Shown here piece by piece: positions 12,294 to 25,500 of a stretch of DNA of 64,000 nt; within the stretch, counting starts at the first letter, position 1; the number at the start of each line of letters is the position of its first letter. Source of the DNA: Kudoa neothunni. Its lineage: Eukaryota > Animalia > Cnidaria. A model generated the notes under the pieces. That model ran no database searches and was not told the origin of the DNA. It saw only the letters and a program-made list of their open reading frames with translations. The position numbers were made by a program, and so were the translations under genes. The stretch lies in contig OZ199838.1 in assembly GCA_964304625.1 (NCBI GenBank), positions 5,996,443-6,060,442 on the forward strand. The letters run 5' to 3'.

Positions 12294-13925
12294 TTAAATA
12301 TAAAAATGATTTTTTTAAATTTTAAACTCACAAGCATCCGGGATAACATACAAATAATAATCGATGAATTATATATTATTTTAATTGTGTGATATAAAAG
12401 ACTTAAATTCCATGAAAACAATATTTTTAACCTGCTGAGTTGCTGAAAAATCCACACCATCCAAATAAAATTCAACACTGACTGACAAAATATGAGGAAA
12501 ATTCAGCGAGTAAACTTTGAGTAAATGACCAATTATTAAAGTTATATTCGGTGTACGCATGTGCACATTTTATGTTGTTACATTTCCATGGAGTATGTTT
12601 GTATGTAGTATGTATAGGTGTATTTCTGCGTTTTTTAGTTTTAACATTTAATTTAAGTTTTTAACAGGTGCCAATTAATTCATCTTACTTTAAACAACGA
12701 ATTGTGAAACTTCGCAGAAAAACAAAACTTGTTAAAATGTTGAGCAATAATATCAAATGTTTTTTTTATGCTCGCTACAATACGAAACTAAGCATATTGA
12801 TTAACAATTCACACATATATTTTTTAATGCTCTATACAATGTAGAAAAAAGAAAACTGATGAAAAGCCATCGTATTTTGAATAACGGGTAGAAAAATAAT
12901 GAGAGAATGAAGAGCTATCGTTGCATTCTGGATAGAACGATATGTTATTTCAGGGGTGCCCACACCTTGGGGGGGTGTAAACTTTGGTTTCAGGTGGTGT
13001 GAGATCCGATCAAAATTGAAAATAATGTTTGATAAATTTTAAGTCAGTTACACCTTATCGTATGCAAAAGGGTGCGAGTCCAGTCTTAGTTGGGAAGCGC
13101 TGTGTTATATCGACGTTGCGAATGCGGACTGACATCGACTGTATAATGTTTCGCTATTATTCATTATTTACTCGACAGCATTTCCGTAAGTTTTTGAAAA
13201 AATCACACGTATCAATATTTAAATAATTTTATTTGGAAAGCGTTTTTACATTAAATTTTTTGATATACGTCAAAAAAAATTTCAACACATTTTTCTGCAA
13301 ATTTTCAGAAATATAAAAGATTACAAAAAGTGGGGAGGAGTTATGTTCCACTTATACTCTATAATACTGTTGCGAAATTCACTTGGGGTAGAAATCTATC
13401 CCATTTTATTTAGAAGGTTAAATTTGAGTTGAATTCCTAACCTTCATAAAAAAATTCATAAAAATTATCGCTAAATTAAAATAAAATATTAAATATGCTC
13501 ATAAAAGACCTTTTATTTAGTTTAGAATAAACATATTTACGTTCTGCAGGATCTTTCAGATCAAATTGCTCTTGTCCCGTGCTATTGGCATGTAACAATT
13601 CTGTTAATTTATGTTTAGTTAGATTTATTGAAGATATGAGATAACTGGATGAAAAATTTGATAAAACGTTAAAGTCATAAATACAAAATTAATTATCACA
13701 AGATTAATTTACTTATTAATTGACGGAAACTTGTCAAAATCGATTTAAAGTAATTGTTCAACATAAATCATTTATTAACAAATAATTTTAACTTTAGCCC
13801 GATATTAGAAATATTACTTTAGTTGAAATAATTTGAATTAAGTTAAATTATTAAAATTGAGAAAAAAAGTATTTCCTCATTCTCTCATGACATTATCGAA
13901 TTCTGAAGCCGATTTTTATTGAAAA

Positions 13926-15516
13926 CTAGCGCAAAAGCCCCGCTTCGCGAAGGCTTCCTTGCCCAGCCAAGTAGGCTAAAACCTGGCGCAGGCTAAAGCC
14001 TTTTTGATTTTAAAGTAAATGGCGCTAATGCATAGTTTTGCCTGGTACAGTGTGATGGAAAAATTTAACTTTTAATTTTATTTTTCTATTTTAATTTATG
14101 CATTTTAAAGCTTGTCATTATTTTTGCAATATGATGATTTCGATAAACGAAATTATGCGCACACTTTCCATTCAAATATAAATAGAGGTATGGAGAGAAA
14201 TTAATGGGTAATTTTAACTGTATTTTACAAATTATTGACCAAAACTACGATGACCTAAATTATAAAAGAAATGTAATTAACGATTAAAGTTCAGCTATTT
14301 ATGAAACAAAATCATTAAGCGACTTAAATAGGACTTTCAGTTCTTTTCAAAATTTTGTGATAAAAATTAATCCTTCTAATTATAAAATTTATTATTAGTC
14401 TAAAAACGATAAAAAAAATAAAATCAACTTAAGATGCCTCCGAAATATAAACAGTAATTGTTACTCCTTTTATCGCAATTTTATAATGATACCATTGATG
14501 TTTTGAAAAGCTGTGAGCAGTAACTTACGTATTCATTACTGTAACAAAATTTCCCTATTTATAAATAAATCCAACCTTGCTTTTTAACAAAAATATACAA
14601 ATTTAATTAACGAAATACGATTAAATGTAAAAATGTTATTGGTTTGAAAAATTGCAGTAATGCTTAAACATCAACTGGTTTTCTTGAGGGATGCACCTTT
14701 TTAAAAATTAACGTACTCTTTGACTGCCCTAAAAAACTCTCTTCGTACTGAACTATTCTTAGATTAACGAAAACTTTGTGAAAATATCGGTTAGATCGAA
14801 TAGACCAATAATTTCTTATTAACTTACATGGCACGCATTGAGAAGGGACTGTATTTTTATGCAGCTTTTATATCATAATAAATTAATGCGATCATAAAGA
14901 AAACAGTATATTGATTTGAATATTAACCTCAAGGTCTAGGGTAAGGAATAATTAGGATACATATAGAGACTCGAATTATGTGTTTTATTTAAAATGATTA
15001 TAATCTTTTTTGCTTAACTATATCCATAACGCTCGAAATGAGAAAATACATACCAAATAACTTGTTTATGCTTCAAATTTTAAGGGAAATATGACAACTC
15101 TTGTAAATGTAACGTTAATAGGTTTATTTGTCTCAAAAGTGCTCCGAACAGGCGTATGTAAAATTTTCAGAACATTCTATACCATAATTAAGAGACTCTT
15201 TTTCTATATAGTGAGTAAAAGTTCATATTAATTGGCTATCAATCAGAAGTAAACAAATATCAATATTATTCAGGTGTTTTTAATCTTCTATTTGTGAAGA
15301 CAACCAGAAAATTCCTTACTTCGGACTGTGTTATTGACTATATTTATACTTCTAAATGAATGATCGATTTTCATTAATGGTTTTATCTATTCAAATACAA
15401 ACTTACAGCAATATTTAAAGAAAATTTCTCCGTGGCACATGCGTACTACTGCAAACTGACACACACACGGACAGACAGACAGACATAAGAACTCTATTTT
15501 GTATATAGAATATAGA
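13926..15516 (-). mobile_element. Non-autonomous Helitron
   Basis: On the minus strand it starts A|TCTATA... followed by a (GTCT)n/(GT)n microsatellite. It ends with a GC-rich hairpin (gccttcgcgaagcggggc) and CTAG|T, and sits between host A and T. The 3' end is near-identical to the one at 46351. Confidence 0.75.
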
Positions 15517-15992
15517 TTAAACAAATTTTTAATTTTACTAATACTCGTTGTATACGCGATTACAGTTTTTACCAAAGATATCAAATTATTTTCCGCATTT
15601 ACTTTGCGTGCACAACGCCAAGTAGAATAATTAAAATAGTAACATAAAGTGTAAGCAAGCATATATTGTGGTTTAATAAATTGGAAGAAAAAAATAAAAA
15701 CTATTATTCAACTAAAACAAAACCAAGCGATCACAAGTAATTTTGGAATGTATTACATGGAAAACAGCTAATAAAGAAAACATATATTAAAATTAATCTA
15801 TTTATATCTTCTTTCAGGTTTTCTTCCTCCACAAATGTTTAGGCCCCGCGATTTTGGTCATTTATGCATAGTATAAAATTAAATATTGCACTTTATTGAT
15901 TATACATTTTTTAAATATAAAGACAAACAAGTGAATAAATTTAATTATTTACACGCAATGTAATGTGAAAATAATAAAAATATACTGAGGTA

Positions 15993-16077
15993 CAGCCGAA
16001 CCTCTTTTATCCAAAAATGTTGGGACTTGGAATTTTCCTTTCGGATATTGAAATTTCGGATAAACGGGGTTCGACTG
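15993..16077. mobile_element. 85-bp pogo/Tigger-like MITE
   Basis: TA on both sides; imperfect TIRs cagccgaacctcttttatccaaaa and (reverse complement) cagtcgaaccccgtttatccgaaa. Confidence 0.75.
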
Positions 16078-17031
16078 TATTGATAAAAATCAAATATTTA
16101 TTAACCTAATATATATATATCGAAAAAAACAAAAAACTTTGGATTATTTTATAAATAAATACGCATATATAAGAACATTTATAATTATCAAAAATATTAT
16201 TATAACAGATTTTTTTAATACAAAAAAATAGATATACTAAATATCGGTGTTGTTTAAATTGAGAAAACTTTTATTCAGTTATTTCATAATTAATAAAATG
16301 TACAATTACGCGAAAAACGTAGTTTAATAATATATGTAAAAGGAATCGGACATGAATAACATATAAGTATAAATTAAGTAGTTATATATAAGATAGTTTT
16401 AATGTATAACAAATTAAATTGATAATGAGTTCATTATAATTAATGATTGGATTTTGTACCTGAGTTAGAACATATGACCTAATGTATTTTTATTTTCCTA
16501 GAAATAATTTATATATATTCACGATGTAAAGCATTTAATGTGAGACCCATTATTATAATTTTCTCTGAAAAAATCAAAGTTAAACTATAAATTTTTATAG
16601 CAACTTTCAACATCAGAATTATTGAGAAACAAAGTAGTAAGTTGAATAAAGTGCATTACCTTGGTTATTCCTTTTATTACAATAACTATTGCTATAATAT
16701 GATATATTTTAGTCCCAAATTTTAATGCTAATAATAGGGATAATGTTTTAGATTTGTAATAAGGAATATTAAACTTTCAGAGAATTTTTAATTGAAAACT
16801 TCTGAATTAATGAAAGATAGAGGCCTTTGATGTGGATATTTATCAAAGCAGATTATATCCGGTGTAGAGTTTTGCTCGTCTAATTATTACTCAAGTATGG
16901 TTACGCTCTTACTCTCTTAGAGGCCAAAAATAATTAAACATAAAAGATTTTAGAAATTAAACTGTATAAAAAAGTATAAATTAGAGTGATGGAAATAAAA
17001 ATTTAGTTAGTTTAAGCGTAAATGGAACGTA

Positions 17032-17781
17032 CAGTATTTCAAGATCAAAATGCAACCAATCTTTCAATATGATATAATTCTTGTTGTAAACGTTTTCTAA
17101 ATTAAAAATACATTATTTTTATATCAAAAAACAATTTTTAAACGTGCTCAGAAATACGCCTGGTCGAAACACACCCTTACCGAATCAAAATTGAATTAAC
17201 GTAAATAAATGGAAATATGTGACATTGCACGCAAGAATGCGAAATAGAATTATTCTATTCGCAGGAATAATTATTGTTTGTTTGATTTCTTATGGAATGC
17301 CTCAGAAATATACAAATGGATAAATTGCCGAGCATATGGATGTTCACGATTCACCGATTGAGTGAATTTTGATACTAAATCAAGATAGTATCTGTTCAGT
17401 CAGTAAAAAGATGGTAACTGCCGATCAAAACTTTCCAATGTGCAAAAATCATTCGTTCAAAATTTAGTAGATGATGATTGCATAACAAGTTTTGCAAAAA
17501 TTGTCTAAAAATTAATTTCCTTATCACGTTATGACCCTTTTTTAAGTCCGAATGAGATATTTTTCATTATTTGATATCAGTTGTAAGAAATAAAAATCCT
17601 TCCGCCAATAAGAATTATTTAACGCTATTACGAATGACCAACTAGAATTACGTCTAAAATTTTTTGTTAACTATCACAACAATTCATACTAATAGTTTAA
17701 TCGTTGTTTAAACTCAGAAAATATTGATAACTAAAAATATGTTTCATTTTAAGAAGGTTGCATTTTGATCTTGAAATATTG
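17032..17781 (+). mobile_element. Internally deleted Tc1/mariner (IS630-like) element
   Basis: TA target duplication and 26-bp TIRs with 25/26 identity (cagtatttcaagatcaaaatgcaacc). A remnant YDPFLSPNE near 17530-17556 resembles the YSPxLNPIE DDE motif. Confidence 0.85.
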
Positions 17782-17923
17782 TAAAATTAATTTTGTACAG
17801 GGCAGTAGTATAATCCTAATTGGAATGACAGCTTTTATGAAAAATTAAAGAATAAAACGTCGATTGAAAAATTAGGAGGCATAAATTTGGATATCCAAAT
17901 ATTTCAGTCGCAGAATAAAAAAC

Positions 17924-20170
17924 CTAGTCATTTCGGAGGTTTTTATTAGGTGAGGTCCTTTTCTTCCGTCTTCCTCGACGGTGATTGACGCTTGCATGTG
18001 TTTCAGAAATCTTCAGTTCTATTAGTTTATCTCTTGATATTTTGTCGAAAAATATCAAGCCCGCGGCTCTTTCAATATTTTGAAGAGGACAAGAGTAGTC
18101 ATAAAATTTGGAATCTTCAGGCAGAGCAATATTCGGTATAACATAGCACTAATACACCAATTATATGTTAGAAGTGAAAGCGTAACCATCACTTGAATCT
18201 CATAGGTGTCGTTGTGGTTAACGCCAAGTATTACTTTGAAGAAGTGGGTAGGCACAGCAACTTCATTTTTCCCAATTACCTAAAGCCACTTCAATCAACA
18301 CAAAGATAACATCGGAAATTAGATACTCTATAACTAACATAGCTATATCCATCTTCATGTTTCCTTCATTAATGAGAATAGATTTTTAGCAAATATATTC
18401 AATATACAAAATGTACATAGATAAAAATAATGGTCCTGAAACAACATAAACTTGTTTGTATTGGCGAATCAACTGACGAGAATAATTTTCTAAATGAAGC
18501 CACACATGTTGATTGAAACCTCTACCTATCATTAATAAATAATGAAATAGATTCTAATGTATTTCTCTTTAATGCAAATGATACCTATTTGAGGCGAAAT
18601 GTTGCTCAGTAGAAAAGTAGTACAAACACGCTCTTGAGTAATTTTATGGTTATTTGCCGCGGCAAGATGGCCTCTCTGATAACCAGTTGATCTACACAAA
18701 ATTTAAACTTCCATACCTTAAAATATTTAATAATTTGTTTAAATTATTTAAAAACGTTTTATTAGTATTTTTGGGGTTCGAAATAAAAATATTTCAATAA
18801 TATTGCAATACGGGGAAAAACTTCCGAAAATTTTTCTGTCATTTATTTGGGTAATCATTAAAAGTAAAAAAATTAATAGCCGCTTATATGGAAAGTATCT
18901 CGAGAGAAACGTAAACTGATGTGAAAATAATCCTCAATAATCCAATTCGGTACGATTGTACGGTAGTTCATGCAATTCTGCCAGAGTTAAAATTGAAATC
19001 CTATATTTTTAAATAAATATAAAACCATTTCAAGTATAATTTTACCTCAAAACAACCTAAGCAAGGTTAGGGTTATGGTAAGCAAATAAAATACTCCTGT
19101 TACGAGTATATCTAAGTTGTTAGAATTTTTGAAATTTAATTTTACTACAAAATTCAACCTATGAGTAAATTAACATTTTAAATATTCTTAGGAGAATTAT
19201 AGGCGCAAGTTTTTGACACAGTTTTTAAGATATGTTAAAGGAGTATTCTAATAATTCGATTCCGATGTTTGAAATTTGTTGTAAAAAGATAAAATTTATC
19301 AAAACCCACAAGAGATAGATGTATTCTTAGTAAATATGCAGGATTCCAAATTCTGGTCTGTTCGATTCAAAGCGAAATAATACAAATATGATCCGAAACA
19401 AAATCCCAAAGATTAGTTGATTAGTTAACTTACCATTTCCTCAACAACGGACCAATAAAATCACATAATAACTTTATTTTCGGCTAATTTTAGATTACCT
19501 AGTTGTGATAACAAACAATGTGAAGTTAGATTAACAAAAAATCCTTAAACTAAACATTAAACTCGTTTTATCTACCCCGTTTTAGGTGATGCATTAAATG
19601 ATAAATTACTTAAAATCATCATTTTTTGATTGAAAGAAAGGATGAATTTCTGGATCGGACATAAAAATGCATTTCATTCGGTCAATATCATCATGAAAAT
19701 CTGAATCCAGACGATCTTTTGTCAACATCTTGAACAGAAGATAAATCTATGCAATTTCTTGTCTCAGGATTACTTCCAGCACCCAATTAGGCTGTTTAAG
19801 TCGATTCGAATATGAAATTATGTAATCTTCCCGAAGAAGTAAATTCTCATCACCTTGATTGATAGACCACATCGTTAGAATCGGAACATATTGAGATTTT
19901 ATATTTACCGGGAACTCCATATTTTGTTAAATCGTCAACATTTTCGATTGTTGGAGGTTTGATTTTTCGAATTTTCACTTTTTCTAATGCATCACTTTGC
20001 CGAATGGGCGTTTTAAAAGTATTTTTCCGACTAAATATGACATCATAAATTAACAGGGTACGCACATAACTGGATTACCATTGTTCGAATAAATAAGCTA
20101 GAAGAACCCCAGCAGAAAAACTAAAAAAAACACCGATGGCACTTCGGGTAATTCCAACCAGTTTGGTCAT
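17924..20170 (-). CDS. ENDOG: Endonuclease G (DNA/RNA non-specific His-metal nuclease), 9 exons including one 918-nt intron (18692-19609)
   Basis: Spliced product: ...KYGVPGDENLLLREDYIISYSNRLKQPNWVLE...IHPFFQSKNDDFKSTGYQRGHLAAANNH...TFLLSNISPQIGRGFNQHVWLHLE...VYVVSGPLFL...VAVPTHFFKV...IERAAGLIFF. It has a hydrophobic N-terminal leader. Confidence 0.92.
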
Positions 20171-22554
20171 TACCCTAGACTTGCTTCGAGGAATGCTCGC
20201 GCTTCATTCGTTAATCTATAAATTTGGCCCACTAAGTCACTTCATGTTAAACTTCATTCCAGTGTATCTTAATTTTGTAAAAAATCGATGTATCATTCAA
20301 AAAATATTTTTATTTGAAAAATTAACAAATTCGTCTCCCTATTTTACACCCTTTAAATATAACAAAAGAATTTAATATTAAATTCCAATGGATATTGGGA
20401 TGTAAAATATCTCAGTGTCGTTTCAAGATAAGTTGTTTTCATCAGTACAGAATTAAAAAATTTAACTACCATTTAATTGATCTATATAAGTATAATTCTA
20501 AAATATTCATTCCATTTTAAATATGCCATATTTTTAATTCGAAGCAATAAGAAAACTATTTATTGTTTGTAATTTTAAATTCTTAAAGGATCAATTATAA
20601 TATTATCGTTTGCGCACATAACACGAAATAAAAATTTGTCAATATTTTTATATCGCATTTATTTAGATGGAACCATTAAAAAATTTAGTATATATTCAAG
20701 TTAGAGATAAAAGTTCACCTGTAGTACCATTATGATTTCAATAATGAAGGCACTTAACAACAAATATGTTATACATTTTTTACTACTTAAATCACATTAA
20801 ATATTTGCCGGATTTATTGTTAATGATTTTTCATCGCTATTGTATTAATAATTTGTTAATTATTAGTACAATTAATTAAAATTTATAATATAGAGATATA
20901 ACATTGGAAAATAAAAATTAAAGCTTTGACTTATCTAATCGGTCTTAAAATGCTGATAAAATTGAATGTTACTCCATAAATAATGTTTTGTTAAAACAGT
21001 TGCTACAAAAACATTTTATACGCTTTATAACCGATAGGGAACTGGATAACCACAATTTAGATCGTGTTTATACGTTTGTTTCAACTTTAAATGCGAAATG
21101 CATTAAAATGTATTATTTTATTCAAACAATGAAATTTAAAATAAATCATTTACATTAAATTATTAAAGGCGAAATATATTTTATTCGTGAAAAATAATAA
21201 CCATTAGAGAGCAAAAGAGTTAATTTAAAGACATGTGCACACAACAAAATATGTTTCCAAGTAAAAACGTTTTGATTATGATATTGATTAAGTATTTAAT
21301 TCGTGAACTTTATATTTATCGTTCGATAATTTTCACGATTAATTTAATAAATGAAAAATAATAAAATGTTTGAATGTTATGTGTACTATAATAATTCACC
21401 TAATTCGTTAACTTACAAGGTAGTCAAAGTTTTCCATAATTACAATGCCACCTCGGATTTCGACCATAATCCGTTATAGAAGTGTTTTAGAAGTCCAAAT
21501 AATTTTTTCCCACGCAAAATATTGAAAATTAGTTTATTCCGTTACCGCTCATCAAATAAATGACTATTTTTAGTCTTATTTATTAAACACAAGAATGTCT
21601 TGTGTTTACAAAATATAAAATATAACAACCAAATATTAAATACAATAATAAAAATGAAATATTGGATAAATATTTTTTGGTGTCATACGATACAACACAA
21701 AGGGTTCTTTTTCGATGACTTTCGCACAATTTGATTGAGCGAATTATCTTCTAGAATTTCTTTTCTTTACTGTTTTTTGGCCCAACTGGATTTGCTCTGA
21801 ATACCCCTTCTTTACGCGTTCGAATTCAAAAGTGTTTCTGACTCAATATTTAAGGCCGAACTCCGCTCCGAGGCTGCGCTATATAAATGTAAGTTCGTAG
21901 AAAAATACCCTCAAATTTTCCTCCGTTAAAACATACGCGTATGATTAATATTGGGAGATCTAATATTTGATAGTCAACCAACAAATATGTCGTAATAAAA
22001 TATTTCTAAAAAAGAGCCTTCTTTATTTTATCGAAAATTAAAATAATTCTTTACGACATTAAATGTCCTTAATTAATATAAAAATTAGTTATTACATGAT
22101 TTATATTAATTTTTTAATTAAAACAGCTTTAAGTCCATCATTGATTTATTACGACCGATTTAAAATATCGTAATTTGAATTCTATGCATGAATGCGATTA
22201 ATCTTTTAGTACAATTATTTATACAAACATATAAAATCTTAACCAATTCGTAAAATTTATTTAATAAATTTTAAGTTTTAAAACTCGGATTTATTTATTA
22301 TGGCTTAAATTCCCTTGCGATACGCGAAAAAATTAAAAATCTTCATAACAAGGCCAAAAATATTATAAAGGAACTTAGTCTAATTTAATAATTAATAAAA
22401 AAGTAAATAATATCTAAAAGTACAAATAGAGAACAATGCTTTAAGCATAAAAATCCAACTCTAAAACTTCACCATTTTAAAAATCTAAAAAAACTCAACC
22501 TAGTAATTTTCGTCTTATTGAGGTAGATGCCACTTGCTGTTTTGGCAGCATCGG

Positions 22555-25500
22555 TTAAATTGTTGACGGTTTTTGAATGGAATCTTGAAGGTCTTTTATT
22601 GCTGACATGAAAGACTTGGTATTACCCCGAGAGTTGCCAATTGGATTGATCTAACGGAAAAATACAATCTGTTCGATAAGACTAAAAAAATTCACATCAA
22701 TATTCAGCTTATACTGAACCTTGGCACTGTGTGTTAGCCTCAGCAGATTGATAACGGTTTTCAGAATGTTACTGGAGGAGACAATAAGGGATGAAGCCAT
22801 TTGACTGGCTTCATTGTGATCACTTTGGCCTTTGTAGCCAGAATACACTGATCCGTAATTCACCTTGGAAATCATCAACAACTGTTGCAAAAATAATGGA
22901 AGTTCTTCCGTCAAGTTAGTGATCTCAGATTTGGTTGTACCTTTTTGGCACTAAATCATTGGTGAGTTTTTGTGAAATAGAAATTTTTAATTAACACAAT
23001 TACTTGGTTTGCTATTTTGGAGCACAATGCTATCATATCCTCACCAAGCCGCTTTATTTCTCGACAGTTGTTTATGATATCTTTATCAGTAATTAGAGGG
23101 CCTTCGCTTCGAGTGAGATCAACAATATGGGAGACTAAAAAGCTAATTTTTTTGGCCAGCGCCAATATGCCATAATCAGCATTAGGATTGTCGCTAGAGG
23201 CTGGATCGATTTTGTCACTCATGAGTGCATCATGTGCATTGATCGAGATAGATTTGCGTAATTGGCTAAGGAAGTCGCTTTGTAATTGGTCAAACTCTTT
23301 GTTGAGTTTATTGATTTTATCGCCATCATGTTTTTTGATTTTTTTGATGAGACTGTGAATGTTATTCTGAGAATCCGTGGTATTTGTAATTGTTTCATTT
23401 GTAGAGGTATTACTCACAAATAGAGATGAATCTGAATTTGATGGCTGAGTCCCTATAATGATTTCCCAATCAATTACAGCAACAAAAAGTAGATCTACTT
23501 ATGTATTCAACCAAGTGGATTGGAACAGTAGGTGCAACCTTGACACATCTAAAATTGTCCCCTTTCTTGACTGCTTCGCTATTAACAAAAATAGCTGAAA
23601 AGTTATCTTGTGGATGTATATTGTTTGATGGAAAATCAAAAAACTGAGACACACTTTCCAAGGAATCACCTTAAACCAAAAATGATAAATATCCATTTGG
23701 TAAACATATGCAAGTTTACCAATTCCATGCGTAAAAACAAAACAACACACGCTTCCTATGGTTAGACCACCAATAAACTCTTCGATTTCTGCCGCTTTTA
23801 CTTCAACCAAATTACCATAGTGAGGATTTTGAAGGTTCTCAAACACATAACAATGACCACAACCAGCGTTATTATTGGTGCCGTCAAAGACCCCTTTGTT
23901 TACAGAGTTCATGTATTCAACTCCATTTATGGTGATGGATGTAAGGAAAGGAATAGGCGTATTATTATATAGAGTTTGTAGACTGACAGCGGATGAAGAC
24001 GAATGGTTCGTCTGTTTAATTTCAACTTTTACCACCTCACCATATGCTAATGGTGTAGGAATATTATCGTTATAAATGTGGGAAAGCTTTGAAGCGTTGA
24101 TAACGCTCGATTGGGCATGATACCAACTGATATATCGGTGTGTAGAAACATAACCAACAAAAATGGCACTATTCAAACTGACGTCGTCGCCTGTGGATGG
24201 TGTGTAATTTTTTTGGAACTTGGAGAAAATCTGGCAGTCAATTAGAGTAAAATAATTGATCAGATTGTCTGGGATTTTTGAATCTAAAGAAATTTTTTAC
24301 GATTTTAATATATATCGTAATTGTAGATGAGTTACTTGTAGGATTAATGACTGAAACCACCAAAAGTGTGCGTGGTGTCAAACACTTGAGGAAGTTGATA
24401 ATTTCGGCATCTTCCAGTTGATAAACTCTCACATCAATCACGGAATTACCAAATTCGTTGACAACCACAAAACACACGCAAGGATCATATTCGATGACGC
24501 ATGCTGTGTTGTTGATGGAAATTTTAGAGCTTATGACGTTGGATGCTATCGTATTGTCGCACACCTGTTCCACACATAGTTTAACCGTCGCTATAATTTA
24601 AGTTAATGGGTTATTAAATGATCTGCAATGTGCATACTTGTGGGGGCTGGAGCTGATAACTTGTCGAGTGGGTTATTCATCTTATGAATAAGATTCTAAA
24701 ATAATAAAAATCACAGATTTCGCAAACAATTAGTTTGAATACATGTATATTGTAGAGTGAAGTGAAATCATGTAACTCGGATTGAATCTAAAACGCGTCC
24801 ATAACCAAGAAAATAAACGGTATAATTACATTCGAGCACAAGCGCTCAAATTTTTCAAGGTAGTTCTCCGGCAACATTACGCTGGGATTGTTGGTTATAA
24901 AATGATGTACCGAAACAAATGCACGATAAAATTTTCTAATAGCTATCACATGGAATTAGCGAATGAAATGACAGATCGATAAGTACATTTATTTTTAAAG
25001 TTTTGTATTTTATTTAAGACTACTTGAGAATGATCATTGTTTTGATCATACAATAACTTGTCTCTCACAAAACACAGCATATAATCCAATAGAGCAGCGA
25101 TCGATACAGATTTTGAGTGGAAAAGTTCGGCCTTCCCAGTGCTGATCGATCTTATGGCTTCTTTGGCAGCTGAAAAATACAGATCCTCTATATAAAGTTG
25201 CCAATTCAGTTCAAATGTGTATTATTGTTTACCTAACAGCGCGAAATAATCACCAAAATTTATTGTTCGATGCAAATCAGCGAGGTATTTGTAGTAAATC
25301 TGATGCCACAATGAGCTTAGGTAGTTCACCATGGAATAGTAGAGACTACAATCTTTAACACAGTTCAAGCTGAACCAGTGTTCGATAACAAACAAAATCT
25401 AACATAATATAAAATAACATCTGTATAAGCATTTAAAAAAAGATTGAAGTACTTGCTTGGACACAAAACTAACTTTGTCAGAAGTAAACAACAGTTCTGC

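Noticed and set aside
24238-24680. A separate gene starting at MNNPLDK (ATG near 24680)
   Set aside because: Upstream exons splice in frame through this ATG, and the catenin M region and tail lie on either side of it.
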